DNA of 32,000 nt from Wallemia ichthyophaga EXF-994. Lineage: Eukaryota; Fungi; Basidiomycota. The position numbers were made by a program, and so were the translations under genes. The stretch is taken from positions 195,680-227,679 of the forward strand of contig NW_008806291.1 in the NCBI RefSeq assembly GCF_000400465.1, read 5' to 3'. Shown one piece after another: positions 30,300 to 32,000 of this stretch (positions within the stretch are counted from its first letter, which is position 1; each line of letters starts with the position of its first letter). The notes below the pieces were generated by a model. The model was not told where the DNA came from and searched no databases. It was given only the letters and a program-made list of their open reading frames with translations.

Positions 30300-31930
30300 A
30301 TTATTGAAACATACCAGGCAATGAAGCAATCAATCCAATTACAGTATGATGATACCTATCAAAAAATAACTGCGATCTGAGATTACCATCGTAATAAAGT
30401 GGTAGAGGACAGAGTTCATGATGCGTTGATTGTTTTTCACTTGGATATTTTGTCATTTTCAAGATTTTCCGTTGGCCTACGATATCTCGCCAATGGTTGG
30501 CGGGCTTGGTTGAATCTGGTAAGCTGTCAATAGAATTCACTGAGTCTTTGTCGATCTAGTTGTGAGACGACTGAATGATTTGTCAAAGGTCCTTTCAAGG
30601 GGAACATGTGAAATTGACTTTGATGCGGTTCATTGCCTAAGAAATGGATGAAGTCTGGTTGAAATTTGTAGAAAAAGAAAGATGCCCATGTCCCTGATTT
30701 GCAAATTACTATCGTAGTCAAATCATTTTCATGGCGAATACATTCTGATGAACTTCTTATAAAAATATTTTGCTTTAAACCGTTTCCCCGATTTATTATT
30801 CTCTTTTGCATAATCAACCTCTTTGATATGTGTGTTGATGAGGTGTAGATATTTAGAAAGGAGTCTACCAAAAGCTCCCTTCAAAGTTCCTTTATATGTT
30901 TTGATACGACGTTCAAAAGGAGAGAAAAGAAGTCGTCAAAGAAGCATATTTCATTCTTTTTGATGAATTTAGATAGCCTGAAATCTCTAATTCTGAGTGA
31001 CAGCAGATTCTGAAGCTTACGTAGCCTGCCGGGAACGTCATGGCCAACATATAGAACTGATTGGACACTCCTAAGCCATAGGCTTATAAAGGAAACTTAT
31101 CGATAGCGTAGGATTTTTTTCCCCAGCTATAATTAAAGTTGTCTTGATCCTTGATTTGTGGCTTTGTAGTGATCTGCTTCGTGAACCGTCCAAATTAATC
31201 TTTGTTTTATCAGCGCTCAAATCCTTGAGGTTGCTTGTTCCACCTAGTGATTCTAACACGCCTGAATAAGAGCATATCAAGCCAGCTGGACTAAGAAGAG
31301 ACGAGTGTTTTGTAGGTGGCGTCTCAAAATCCGCTTGTTATTTTCGGCCTTGAAAGTCTACGGTAAATACGAGATTTTCAAGCTTCTTTAATAGGGCTGG
31401 ATTTGGTATGTTGATGTGCCTAATGTCATGAGGAGATGCATAAATGTTCATAACATTAGAAAATGTGAGATAAAATGTGCTAAATAATGAAAGGGGCAGC
31501 TATTCGGTCTTTGGGTGTGGTTGAATCGGTGGCATATCATGATTGAAATCCTTGAATTATGGTAATCGGCTGATGGAAAGTTGAGACATCGAAGCAAGCA
31601 ACAATATCACTTCATCTCGCTCAGCTACTTGGTAATTACAGATATTTCAAACGACAATATCTCGCGAATGATTGACCATTCCAGTCAGTGGCACATTGTG
31701 CACGTCGTTAAAATTTGGCCAACTGAATACACCAATAAATGATTTCTGTGCATTGTTGAGCTCGATTATCATTGCTCTAATATCTGCTTCATTAAATGTT
31801 GGCTCCAACCATTTCCTGAGTCTAATGCAATCTCTTCCATTTTTGCAGACTGGTCCTTAGCTATAGATAATGTGCTTAATTCCTCTAAACCTAAGTACTT
31901 TATTATCGCGTATTTATTTGTTGATTCCAT
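30300..31930 (-). pseudogene. Decayed F-box/LRR-like gene (copy 2)
   Basis: MESTNKYAIIKYLGLEELSTLSI shifts frame near 31855 to VCKNGR. One frame then runs about 243 codons (31800-31071) with four internal stops, followed by LRKLQNLLSLRIRDFRLSKFIKK in another frame. Boundaries are approximate. Confidence 0.45.
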
Positions 31931-32000
31931 GGATGGAAATAAAACCTCCCGGTCATCAAATCTTGTAGATATCCTGGAAACATCGAGATTAACCAGGTTC

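Noticed and set aside
28450-31930. Stop-codon reassignment or programmed readthrough explaining the in-frame stops
   Set aside because: TAA, TAG and TGA all terminate intact conserved genes in this window, and the broken genes also contain frameshifts. Pseudogenisation is the simpler explanation.

Overview
Eukaryotic, intron-containing DNA from a very compact fungal genome. Introns are mostly 42-62 nt with GT-AG ends, and start codons of neighbouring genes are often only about 40 nt apart. This fits a Wallemia-like basidiomycete, which is an inference and not a database hit. Positions 1-28,200 hold about 22 densely packed housekeeping genes: the 5' end of STT3, a PDI/MPD1-like protein, a BTB-like protein, a fumarate reductase-cytochrome b5 fusion, a YEA4-like nucleotide-sugar transporter, DUF1640, a vezatin-like protein, YAF9, an SFT1/BET1-like SNARE, a DOA4/USP8-like deubiquitinase, COX9, an RPP40-like protein, an EEF1AKMT4-like methyltransferase, MPS1, an ALKBH6-like protein, prefoldin 3, an EI24-domain protein, a hypothetical protein, a GH15 hydrolase, an HSF-type factor and a small LisH/LUFS protein. 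The last ~3.6 kb is AT-rich and appears to hold two decayed F-box/LRR-like genes. Several genes (STT3, SFT1-like, COX9, the full ALKBH6-like model, the LisH gene) appear only after manual splicing and are missing or fragmented in the ORF track. The most interesting observations are an ALKBH6-like protein that has lost its Fe(II)/2-oxoglutarate ligands, five head-to-head pairs with 36-60 nt between ATGs (including STT3/PDI and HSF/LUFS-only protein), a degenerate partial copy of the methyltransferase just upstream of the intact gene, a 9-nt microexon in the GH15 gene, and the F-box/LRR pseudogene pair. I found no rRNA, tRNA, CRISPR array or recognisable transposase. All family assignments come from motif recognition by eye.
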